Below are positions 1-8,247 of a stretch of DNA of 64,000 nucleotides, in pieces; the stretch's first letter is position 1, and the number at the start of each line of letters is the position of its first letter. Made by a program: the position numbers and the translations under genes. This DNA is from Bacillota bacterium. Its GTDB lineage: Bacteria; Bacillota; Bacilli; Alicyclobacillales; SLC66. The notes beneath the pieces were generated by a model. That model saw only the letters and a list, made by a program, of their open reading frames with translations. It ran no database searches and was not told the origin of the DNA. The stretch is taken from contig JAKACV010000004.1 of NCBI GenBank assembly GCA_021821085.1, forward strand, positions 27,543-91,542, in the 5' to 3' direction.

Positions 1-1721
1 GTGATGCGTAAAAAACCAACGCATTGTTCCAATGTCTTAGGTCCAAGTCGGGGCACTTTTACTAAACGACTGCGACTTGTAAACCTGCCATTTTGCTCTC
101 GAAACTGTACAATATTTTTGACAACCGATTTATTGAGGCCAGCGACATAAGACAGCAGACTTGGCGATGCAGTATTCAAATCCACCCCCACTTGATTCAC
201 CGTCGATTCGACGACAGCCGTCAACTGTTCATCCAGTTTCTTTTCCGCCACATCGTGTTGATATTGCCCTACTCCAACCGACTTCGGATCAATTTTGACG
301 AGTTCGGCGAGCGGATCTTGAATCCTCCGAGCGATCGAAATCGCACTGCGTTCTGACACGTCGAGATCGGGAAACTCTTCCCGTGCAAGCGGTGAAGCAG
401 AGTAGACACTTGCACCTGCTTCTGACACGATAACATAGGGAATAGAACGACTCACGCGATCTCGATACTCACGGACACAGTCCGCGATGAATGCCTCCGT
501 TTCACGTGAGGCAGTCCCATTTCCAATTGCGATTAAATCAACCCCAAAACGTTCAAACAACTCAAATACTTCCCGCTTCGCTGCTTCGACTTTACTTTGT
601 GGCGGAGTGGGGTAAATGACTAGAGTTTTAAGTAATTTTCCAGTATCATCAACAACCGCCAATTTACAGCCCGTTCGATAGGCCGGATCGACTCCAAGAA
701 CACTCTTTGTACGAACGGGAGGTTGCATAAGTAAATTGCGCAGATTTGTACCAAATATCTCAATGGCCCGATCCTCCGCACGATTGGTTAGCTCACTTCG
801 AATCTCTCGTTCGATCGCTGGTGCAAGCAGTCGTTTATACGCATCCACCACTGCACTATTAAGCCATTGCCACGCAAAAGAGTGATCTGATTGAAGTACT
901 GACACCACTCCATAGCGCGATACCACATGACGCGCACGCAACTCTGCAAATACTTCATCCTGCGATACCGCAATGGAAACCCGCAAAAACTCTTCACGTT
1001 CCCCGCGATTCACAGCAAGAATTTGATGTGGCAAAACCTTTGTTAGCGGTACTTCAAACTCATAATACGGCTCATATACACTTTCCTTCTCTGACTGTAC
1101 GGCCACACTGCAAATGAGTCCGCGCGACAACGTCCAATCACGCAGCCATTTCCGTGATGCAGCATCGTCCGCGACCACTTCGGCGAGAATATCAGCAGCA
1201 CCTTGCAGAGCCTCTTCTCCCGAAAGCACACCTTTTTGTTCAGATACAAAGCGATCGGCATACTGCACGATCGTCGCCTTATCATTCGCTACCCGCTCTT
1301 TTTGCGCAAGCCATACAGAGAGTGGTTCAAGCCCGTGTTCTCTGGCCATTGAGGCGCGAGTTCTCCGCTTTGGGCGATAGGGACGATACAGATCTTCCAC
1401 TTCAGCCAACGTCTTTGCGGACTCGATCGCCCTGACAAATTGTTGTTCCACCTGTTCATCTGAAAGAACACCTTGTTCGCCCAACAATCGAAAAACGTCA
1501 CACTTCCGTTGATGTATGCTAGTCTGCAGATGAAATTGACTTGCGATCTCGCGCAGTTCATTCTCATCTAGCTCTCCTGTCATTTCTTTTCGATAACGTG
1601 CGATAAACGGAATGGTATTTCCTTCATCAAGTAATCGAATCGCCATACTCACCTGATCTTTCTTCACATGAACCTGGGCAGCCACAATCTCAGCGTAATG
1701 AGGGGTTTGCAATGTTGCCAT
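1..1721 (-). CDS. tex: Tex-like transcription accessory protein; N-terminal ~573 aa only, the C-terminus lies beyond the left window edge
   Basis: Absent from the ORF track because it has no stop codon in the window. My minus-strand translation from ATG 1721 (preceded by AAGGAGAG) reads MATLQTPHYAEIVAAQVHVKKDQVSMAIRLLDEGNTIPFIARYRKEMTGELDE. It continues into a YqgF/RuvX-like block (VLGVDPAYRTGCKLAVVDDTGKLL) and an HhH-like tail, which is the Tex/YdcI domain order. Confidence 0.85.
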   Translation of the reverse strand, partial: MATLQTPHYAEIVAAQVHVKKDQVSMAIRLLDEGNTIPFIARYRKEMTGELDENELREIASQFHLQTSIHQRKCDVFRLLGEQGVLSDEQVEQQFVRAIESAKTLAEVEDLYRPYRPKRRTRASMAREHGLEPLSVWLAQKERVANDKATIVQYADRFVSEQKGVLSGEEALQGAADILAEVVADDAASRKWLRDWTLSRGLICSVAVQSEKESVYEPYYEFEVPLTKVLPHQILAVNRGEREEFLRVSIAVSQDEVFAELRARHVVSRYGVVSVLQSDHSFAWQWLNSAVVDAYKRLLAPAIEREIRSELTNRAEDRAIEIFGTNLRNLLMQPPVRTKSVLGVDPAYRTGCKLAVVDDTGKLLKTLVIYPTPPQSKVEAAKREVFELFERFGVDLIAIGNGTASRETEAFIADCVREYRDRVSRSIPYVIVSEAGASVYSASPLAREEFPDLDVSERSAISIARRIQDPLAELVKIDPKSVGVGQYQHDVAEKKLDEQLTAVVESTVNQVGVDLNTASPSLLSYVAGLNKSVVKNIVQFREQNGRFTSRSRLVKVPRLGPKTLEQCVGFLRI

Positions 1722-1888
1722 CAGATGCTCTCCTTTGCCTTACACGATCCATCCATAAAATGTACACATGATGCGCCCATACAGCAAGCGCATCCATTTT
1801 ATGGTGTCCGCAATCGATTCGTCAAGATCGGGTATAATGTGGACAGAGAGAGATGAAACACATAAACAGAGCGTCAGGAGGTACCCAC

Positions 1889-3049
1889 GTGAAAATCGCC
1901 CTATTTACTGAGACCTTTCTTCCCGAAACAGATGGGATCGTCACGCGCTTATGCGCAACAATTGACCATCTGATCGACCTAGGACACGAAGTCGCACTCA
2001 TCACACCTGATGGAGCTCCTGCATTTTACAAATCGGCGCCAATCCTGTCTGTGAAGGGATTCCCTTATTTTTTCTACCCACAAAAGAAATTTTGTCCGAC
2101 TTCACTGAAAATCGGTGCATTCCTAAGATCCTTTCAGCCATCGCTCATCCATATCGTCAACCCAGTCGTCCTTGGCATCAATGGCATTTACTACGCACGT
2201 AAAATGCGATTGCCACTTGTCGCCTCTTTTCATACAAACTTAGCCGCATACGCACATACATATGGCGTCCCATTTTTAGATCCCGTGGCATGGACCTATC
2301 TGCGCTTACTGCATAACCAAGCGACAATGAACCTCGCGACCTCTGAAACTATGGTTCATGAACTTAATATGCGCGGTTTTCGCAACACTCGTTTGTGGGC
2401 TGGGGGAGTAGACACAGACCTATTTCACCCGCGCCAATATTCTGCTGCGATGCGTACGCGGTTAACTCGTGGCAATAGCGAGTATCCTGTGTTACTCTAT
2501 GCTGGACGTTTGGCACCTGAAAAACAACTGGAACGCCTCCTTCCTCTTCTTCAAACGTTTGAGACACTGCACATCGCCGTGGTTGGAGATGGGCCTGATC
2601 GTTCACGCCTACAGCAACTTTTTGCAAATACCAATGTGGAATTTCTCGGAGTCTTACATGCAGAAGAACTCGCGGCCGCCTATGCCTCAGCAGATGCATT
2701 TATCTTCCCATCGACAACAGAGACACTGGGTCTCGTTCTTCTAGAGTCTATGTCGTCCGGATTACCAATCATAGCGGCAAAAAGTAAACCTTCTGAAGAA
2801 CTCGTTTTGCAAACACATTCAGGTCTCCTCTTTGATGCAAAAGATGAAAAGGCGCTAACAAACGCCGTAGCGATGCTCATCGCACAACCTGAGATGCGTG
2901 AACAGTTATCCCGTCAAGCGAGAGCCGCGATCGCCATGCGCAGTTGGGAAAATCCCACAAAAAAACTGATTGATTACTACGAATCCGCGATACAAACGCA
3001 CCGACTACACCAATCTGCCACAACGAGCGATATGGACATCCCTGTATAA
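1889..3049 (+). CDS. sqdX: GT4-family glycosyltransferase, SqdX-like sulfoquinovosyl-diacylglycerol synthase
   Basis: ORF 1853..3049. The N-terminus KIALFTETFLPETDGIVTRL...LGHEV matches the cyanobacterial SqdX N-terminal signature as I recall it. A GT4 C-terminal block is present (PSTTETLGLVLLESMSSGLP). The gene sits directly upstream of sqdB. I moved the start to GTG 1889, 7 nt after AGGAGG; ATG 1853 is the alternative. Confidence 0.75.
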   Translation: MKIALFTETFLPETDGIVTRLCATIDHLIDLGHEVALITPDGAPAFYKSAPILSVKGFPYFFYPQKKFCPTSLKIGAFLRSFQPSLIHIVNPVVLGINGIYYARKMRLPLVASFHTNLAAYAHTYGVPFLDPVAWTYLRLLHNQATMNLATSETMVHELNMRGFRNTRLWAGGVDTDLFHPRQYSAAMRTRLTRGNSEYPVLLYAGRLAPEKQLERLLPLLQTFETLHIAVVGDGPDRSRLQQLFANTNVEFLGVLHAEELAAAYASADAFIFPSTTETLGLVLLESMSSGLPIIAAKSKPSEELVLQTHSGLLFDAKDEKALTNAVAMLIAQPEMREQLSRQARAAIAMRSWENPTKKLIDYYESAIQTHRLHQSATTSDMDIPV

Positions 3050-3088
3050 ATCACTTGCAAGCGATCTACCCCAATCGTTTAGTTTCAA

Positions 3089-3097
3089 TGGTATAAT
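3089..3097 (+). promoter_or_regulatory. Extended -10 element TGGTATAAT upstream of sqdB
   Basis: A perfect TGnTATAAT lies about 45 nt upstream of ATG 3141. I found no good -35 hexamer. Confidence 0.35.
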
Positions 3098-3140
3098 TGT
3101 AAAGTGACTCTATAGGAAAATAAACAGCTGAGGTGACATA

Positions 3141-4289
3141 ATGAGGATATTGATTACAGGTGGTGATGGATTTTGTGGCTGGCCCACTGCCTTATACTTA
3201 TCTCGTAAAGGACATGACATTGCTATTTTAGATAACCAGTTGCGCCGGGAGTGGGATCGCGAACTTGGCATCGAATCGCTCGCGCCGATCGCATCCATGG
3301 ATGAACGCACACACGAATGGCAAAAACACGCCAAAGGATCCTTCACCGCGTACAGCGTGGACATGCGCGATTACGATGCATTGGCACGTACAGTCGCACA
3401 GTTTGTCCCTGATGCGATCGTTCATTTTGCCGAACAGCGCTCTGCACCGTACTCGATGATTGATCGTGAACACGCTGTATTTACGCAAACCAATAATATC
3501 GTTGGAACGCTCAATCTCCTCTATATTATGAAAGAAATAGTCCCGGATTGTCATCTGATCAAATTGGGCACAATGGGTGAATATGGAACGCCAAACATTG
3601 ATATTGAAGAAGGCTATATTAAGATCGCCTATAAGGGTCGAGAAGATACGCTACCGTATCCAAAACAGCCCCCCTCCATGTACCACTTGTCAAAAGTTCA
3701 CGATAGCCATAATATTATGTTCTCATGTAAGTCGTGGAATCTTCGTGCCACAGATTTGAATCAAGGCGTAGTATATGGCATTCAAACGGATGAAACTCGC
3801 ATGCATCCGGTCTTGGTCAACCGCTTCGACTACGATCAGATCTTCGGAACCGCGTTAAACCGCTTCTGTGTCGAAGCAGCAGCAGACCATCCACTGACGG
3901 TTTATGGATCTGGCGGTCAAACACGCGGATTTATTAACCTACTCGATACGGTTCGCTGTATTGAATTAGCTGCGCAAAATCCTGCAGCCCCAGGTGAATT
4001 CCGGGTATTTAACCAATTCACGCAAGAATTTTCAGTGTCTGCTTTGGCCACGAAGGTTCACCAGGTCGCAGGTGACCTAGGCATCTCTGCCGAGATCTCA
4101 CATCTTCGCAATCCGCGTGTTGAATCAGAGAAGCACTATTACCATGCAGCAAACACAAAGTTGCTTGATCTTGGCCTAACGCCTCATTTGCTGACAGACG
4201 AGACCATTCGCGAGATCATCAAACTGGCACTACAGTATAAAGACAACATTCAACTTGATCATATTATGCCTACTGTCACATGGTCTTAG
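3141..4289 (+). CDS. sqdB: UDP-sulfoquinovose synthase (SQD1/SqdB, SDR family)
   Basis: 382 aa. It has the Rossmann motif MRILITGGDGFCGWPTALYLS, the segment LGIESLAPIASMDER, and the catalytic Tyr-x3-Lys block YHLSKVHDSHNI, all colinear with plant SQD1 and cyanobacterial SqdB. SD GAGGTGA precedes the ATG. Confidence 0.9.
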   Translation: MRILITGGDGFCGWPTALYLSRKGHDIAILDNQLRREWDRELGIESLAPIASMDERTHEWQKHAKGSFTAYSVDMRDYDALARTVAQFVPDAIVHFAEQRSAPYSMIDREHAVFTQTNNIVGTLNLLYIMKEIVPDCHLIKLGTMGEYGTPNIDIEEGYIKIAYKGREDTLPYPKQPPSMYHLSKVHDSHNIMFSCKSWNLRATDLNQGVVYGIQTDETRMHPVLVNRFDYDQIFGTALNRFCVEAAADHPLTVYGSGGQTRGFINLLDTVRCIELAAQNPAAPGEFRVFNQFTQEFSVSALATKVHQVAGDLGISAEISHLRNPRVESEKHYYHAANTKLLDLGLTPHLLTDETIREIIKLALQYKDNIQLDHIMPTVTWS

Positions 4290-4308
4290 TTCTATGGGGG
4301 AATCGTTG

Positions 4309-4767
4309 ATGTCTCAAGTTTCAAACGGACCACATCAGCCAAAAAAAAATCATCTATTTAAAGGAAGGTATCAGAGATTTTTGGTCGTGGGATTAATGAA
4401 CGCCTTTGTCGATCTAGCCATCCTAAATATTTTGATGTTTACCTTCCCTACACGATCCTCCACCTTGTTACTCATATACAATACATTTGCTGTCATCTGT
4501 GCAATTATGACAAGCTATGTCCTCAATCGCCGTTGGACGTTTGCAGACCAAACGAATAACAGCAACAGGCAGACTTTGCTATTTTGGATGCAGGGGATAC
4601 TTAATATTGTCATAAACGATGCTGTTTTATCCCTTGCGTCGCGCTACTTTCTAAAATCGTTAAATTGGCCATTAATTATCAGTGGTAACTTGTCCAAAGC
4701 GGTGGCGATGTTCATGGCGTCTTCTATTAGTTATACGATTTTGCGATTTTTTGTGTTTCGCACATAA
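4309..4767 (+). CDS. GtrA-family small membrane protein
   Basis: ORF 4255..4767. It shows RFLVVGLMNAFVDLAILNILMF and NRRWTF, with about four hydrophobic segments typical of GtrA. I chose ATG 4309 (GGGGGA 7 nt upstream) to avoid overlap with sqdB. Confidence 0.7.
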   Translation: MSQVSNGPHQPKKNHLFKGRYQRFLVVGLMNAFVDLAILNILMFTFPTRSSTLLLIYNTFAVICAIMTSYVLNRRWTFADQTNNSNRQTLLFWMQGILNIVINDAVLSLASRYFLKSLNWPLIISGNLSKAVAMFMASSISYTILRFFVFRT

Positions 4768-4914
4768 GGGCACTGTTTGATGATCCATTTGCTTTCACTT
4801 TTTTGCTATGGTATGATCAGTGCATATAAAATTTGTGCGAGTTAGAAGGAACTGTCCTTAACGAGTGTTGAGGAGAGTTTTTATTTTGCTTGTCAAATCG
4901 AAAGAGGGGCTACC

Positions 4915-5118
4915 ATGTATTTTCATAAAAAGTCGACAGAAGACGTCCCGATGGAAGATACAGAAATTTGGGCGTGTACAAAAGAGGATTGTAATGGGTG
5001 GATGCGCGCCAATTTCACCTTCGATGAATCTCCGAAATGCCGACAATGCCTATCTCCGATGGTAAGAACGACGAGAATGCTCCCTTCACTGAACAATTCA
5101 AATAGCGATTTAAAATAA
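4915..5118 (+). CDS. YdjO-like cold-inducible small Cys-rich protein
   Basis: 67 aa. The core WACTKEDCNGWMR...CRQC resembles the B. subtilis YdjO family. SD AAGAGGGG is present. Confidence 0.6.
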   Translation: MYFHKKSTEDVPMEDTEIWACTKEDCNGWMRANFTFDESPKCRQCLSPMVRTTRMLPSLNNSNSDLK

Positions 5119-5135
5119 ATCACAACACTCGGACA

Positions 5136-5180
5136 ACGCAGAGTAAGGCGCTGGTAGCATCCACTCGCCTTACTCTGCGT
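5136..5180. terminator. Hairpin between convergent genes (15-bp stem)
   Basis: ACGCAGAGTAAGGCG (5136-5150) pairs with CGCCTTACTCTGCGT (5166-5180). The right arm overlaps the last codons of the ArsR gene. Confidence 0.55.
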
Positions 5181-5520
5181 AGATCGTTTGCTCGGATATA
5201 GAATTCTTGTAGAGCAGTTGAAACAGCCACTGCTGCACTGCCTTTACCCCATCGGCATTGCAAAAGTAATAGTGCCATACGCCTTTTTGCTGATGTCCGA
5301 CGAGACCTGCTTGTCGTAAAATAGTCAGATGTCTCGAGACGGTCGACTGCGGCAAGTGCAACATACTACTTAAATCTTGAACACAAATTCCAGTGACCTC
5401 TTCCCCATCAATTTGACAATAAAACTCTGTTTTACGCAGTGCATCAAGCAAAGCGCGCCGCGTAGGGTCAGCCAAGGCCTTAAATGCTGCGTCAATATCT
5501 ATCGTTACATTTGCCACCAC
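5170..5520 (-). CDS. ArsR/SmtB-family transcriptional regulator
   Basis: 116 aa with LADPTRRALLDAL and the HTH segment LPQSTVSRHLTILRQAGLV. Confidence 0.85.
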   Translation of the reverse strand: MVANVTIDIDAAFKALADPTRRALLDALRKTEFYCQIDGEEVTGICVQDLSSMLHLPQSTVSRHLTILRQAGLVGHQQKGVWHYYFCNADGVKAVQQWLFQLLYKNSISEQTIYAE

Positions 5521-5613
5521 TCATCAACTCCTTACGTACCTCCCACTGCTTGCGTCAACAGTCTGTACTTGATGATTGTGACATTCTCCCCCAAGCGAAG
5601 TCAACTGCAACCT

Positions 5614-7011
5614 CTATTTTACCGACTTTCTTCTAATAAAAAGATAACTGGCGCTTATCGCTACTGTCAATACAACAAACGCATAAAAGGCGAGGCGTTG
5701 ATCGTTTTGAAAAAGGGCATATACAGTCAGTACCCCAATCGCAATCATTGTGACGACTGTTGAAAGCGGTTGACCGAAAGCTAATCGGGAGACGTGACTC
5801 CGTTTGCCCTCTTTTGTAGATCGCCATTTTAAAAAAGTCCAGAGTATGAGGAACCAATAGAAGAACGTCATAAAACTCGAAGCACTAATCAGGAAGTTAT
5901 AAAGATTAGAAGGTAAGATGAAGGCCGCCCCAATCGCGAGAAAGATCCCTATCGTCGTACTCGCAAGTGCCCCATAAGGAACATCTCGTTTCGATATTTT
6001 TGTAACGAACTGTGGTGCTTCATGATCTTTACCTAAGCTAACTAAGATTTGGTTGGCAGAAAAAACCGCTCCCGCCATGACGCTGAAAGAAGCGACCAGC
6101 ACCACCGCATTGAAAATGTACGCGAGCATCGGCATCCCCGCATGTTCCAGCGCCAATACAAACGGGCTTAACTTTGTACTCACCGTCTGCCACGGTTCAA
6201 TGAGCAGGAGACCGCCAATGGACAACACATAAAGCACAGTCAAAATAACGATCGTCCATTGGGCGCCGCGTTCAATCTCGCGTGCATCGCGAACTTCCGC
6301 TGCTGCAGTGGCAAATACACCGATCCCCGCGTAGGCAAATACGACAATCAGCATGGATTGCAACACGCCCGAGAGCCCGTGTGGAAAGAATCCTCCTTGT
6401 GAACGAACAACAGGTAACGCAGGTGTACCCAGCGAGGCATGACCAAGCAATAACACGACAGCGACAAATACAACAAACCCAGCAAGTGCTGCCGTTTTGA
6501 CAATGCTCATCAACGATTCAACATGTCCAAAGCTCTTCACACCAAACGCGTTGATGAGTAAAATGACGGTCGAATATATGATCGCAAATCCCCATAACGG
6601 CACTCCAGATACCCACACGCGTGTAAAAACGCTCATGGCGACAGCTTCACTAGCGATTGTCAATACGCTTGCTAAATAATAGATCCAGCCCTGCATATAC
6701 CCAGCAAATGGTCCGATATAGAGATCCGCATAGACCTTGAACGAACCTTCTACAGGATGATGTGTAGCAATAGAAGTCAATGCGCCAGTCACTTGCGCCG
6801 TAAGAAAGGCGCCGATGAGAAAAGAGAGCAACACACTTGGCCCCGCCGTGCGAATCGGCAATCCACTGCCAAGAAAAAAACCCGCGCCGATAATTCCCCC
6901 AACTCCAATAAAGATCAACTCTCCAAGACCAAGTGATCCCTTCGTCTTTGCGGGTTGATCATGAACAGGTTCAGTCCGATGAATCACCGATCTCATTTTG
7001 GAATGTTGCAT
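5614..7011 (-). CDS. APC-superfamily amino-acid permease
   Basis: 465 aa, about 12 TM segments, with N-terminal LGLGELIFIGVGGIIGAGFFLGSG typical of amino-acid permeases. Confidence 0.8.
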   Translation of the reverse strand: MQHSKMRSVIHRTEPVHDQPAKTKGSLGLGELIFIGVGGIIGAGFFLGSGLPIRTAGPSVLLSFLIGAFLTAQVTGALTSIATHHPVEGSFKVYADLYIGPFAGYMQGWIYYLASVLTIASEAVAMSVFTRVWVSGVPLWGFAIIYSTVILLINAFGVKSFGHVESLMSIVKTAALAGFVVFVAVVLLLGHASLGTPALPVVRSQGGFFPHGLSGVLQSMLIVVFAYAGIGVFATAAAEVRDAREIERGAQWTIVILTVLYVLSIGGLLLIEPWQTVSTKLSPFVLALEHAGMPMLAYIFNAVVLVASFSVMAGAVFSANQILVSLGKDHEAPQFVTKISKRDVPYGALASTTIGIFLAIGAAFILPSNLYNFLISASSFMTFFYWFLILWTFLKWRSTKEGKRSHVSRLAFGQPLSTVVTMIAIGVLTVYALFQNDQRLAFYAFVVLTVAISASYLFIRRKSVK

Positions 7012-7091
7012 CTAGCTACCCCCTACTCACTACTCACTTCCATGCAAAGGGTAGCATGCGATGCGGCGTTCTATTTTATACCAAAAGTATG

Positions 7092-8190
7092 TTATAACAA
7101 AACAGCACCATACATCTGCGCAAGGACAACATCGATCTCGGACAAAGGTGAAATAAAGGCAAGTAGCTCATCACCCATTTCTAACACGGTGTTTCCGTGC
7201 GGAACTAACACTTCCCCGCCCCGCTTCACAGAGACAATAACTGCCTCCCGTGGCAAGGTGAGTTTCGCTAAAGTCTGCCCAAGGATTGGACTCGAAGACT
7301 TTAAGAGCCTGTTCAAAAAGGGTTGAGGTAAGATGCAAGCAGGGGTTTGGTGAAGTCTGGACATGCGCGCGGAGTGTACGATAGGGGGTACATGAGCACG
7401 CATGTCCAGCACAAGCCGAAGCCCTGCGCCGCAGAGTTCTCGACCCTTTTTGAACAACCTCTTTAAAAGTACACTGACAAATTGTCCCGCATCACCTGTA
7501 TACTCTTGCAATTGTTGTACCTTAGCATTGGACTCTGTCGAATAAAGCGTGTAGGCACTATAGGCGCGTACAACATCTCGTTGTGTGAGTGTTCCAACCA
7601 CTTTTTCAGCGGTACTGTCAAGCACAGGTCACATCGTCACATCGAATCACGTGTCAGCAATCCATGAACCACAAAAGCAGTGACACAAACTGCCATTACG
7701 ACAGGCGTCAACTGATAATCTCCAGTCACCTCAAGCAAAATCGTGATTGCAACAAAAGGCGCCTGCGCTGCTGCTGCAAAGATTGCCCCCATACCTGCAA
7801 TGGCATAAATCTCCGGATGTGGAATCAGGCCCGGTACAACTAATTGTAACAAGTCGCCATATAGTGCGCCAAGCATTGCTCCAAGAAAGAGCGATGGGGC
7901 AAACACACCACCGGATCCACCCGCTCCAACCGATCCACCCGTAGTGAGTGTAGCCCCATATTTCAATACGAACAGAAGAAAAATAGTTCCAATGGCCAAT
8001 TGTCCACCAAGTACTAAATGGATCGAAGGATACCCACGCCAAGTACCTGAGGGGCAAATAGACCAAGAACCCCAACCAGAACGCCTCCAGTGATGCTCTT
8101 AAGCCAAAACGGCATTTTCCAACGCTCAAGCAAATCTTCAGAAAAAGTGAGTCCTTTTGAATAGGCAATCCCAAGTGTACCCAAAACAAA
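7092..8190 (-). pseudogene. Decayed ClC-family chloride channel / H+:Cl- antiporter gene with a CBS remnant and a TrkA_C domain
   Basis: My translation from about 8190 gives FVLGTLGIAYSKGLTFSEDLLERWKMPFWLKSITGGVLVGVLGLFAPQVLGVG, which is mid-ClC, so about 200 N-terminal aa are missing. A frameshift lies near 8030. After it the reading continues as YPSIHLVLGGQLAIGTIF...GGSGGVFAPSLFLGAMLG (ORF 7637..7999). There is a stop at 7637 and most of the CBS pair is lost. The final ORF 7092..7625 carries a CBS tail, the MITE insertion and TrkA_C (LAKLTLPREAVIVSVKRGGEVLVPHGNTVLEMGDEL). Confidence 0.8.
7300..7466 (+). mobile_element. MITE-like element, copy A (157-bp core 7305-7461 flanked by TTTAA direct repeats)
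   Basis: The core starts GAGCCTGTTCAAAAAGGGTTGAGG and ends CTCGACCCTTTTTGAACAACCTC. TTTAA occurs at 7300-7304 and 7462-7466. By my alignment it differs from the reverse complement of copy C at 3 positions. Confidence 0.8.
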
Positions 8191-8192
8191 GA

Positions 8193-8224
8193 CCCCACAG
8201 TCTACTGGGTGCTAGACTGTGGGG
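8193..8224 (-). terminator. Intrinsic terminator downstream of asdA
   Basis: CCCCACAGTCTA pairs with TAGACTGTGGGG (12-bp stem, 8-nt loop). On the minus strand it is followed by TCTTTGTTTTGG. Confidence 0.7.
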
Positions 8225-8247
8225 TCATACCAAGCCTGTTTGATATT

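Noticed and set aside
7731-8198. A 155-aa ORF with an odd W/C/G-rich composition.
   Set aside because: It is an out-of-frame reading across the ClC remnant. The ClC-like sequence is in the other two frames.
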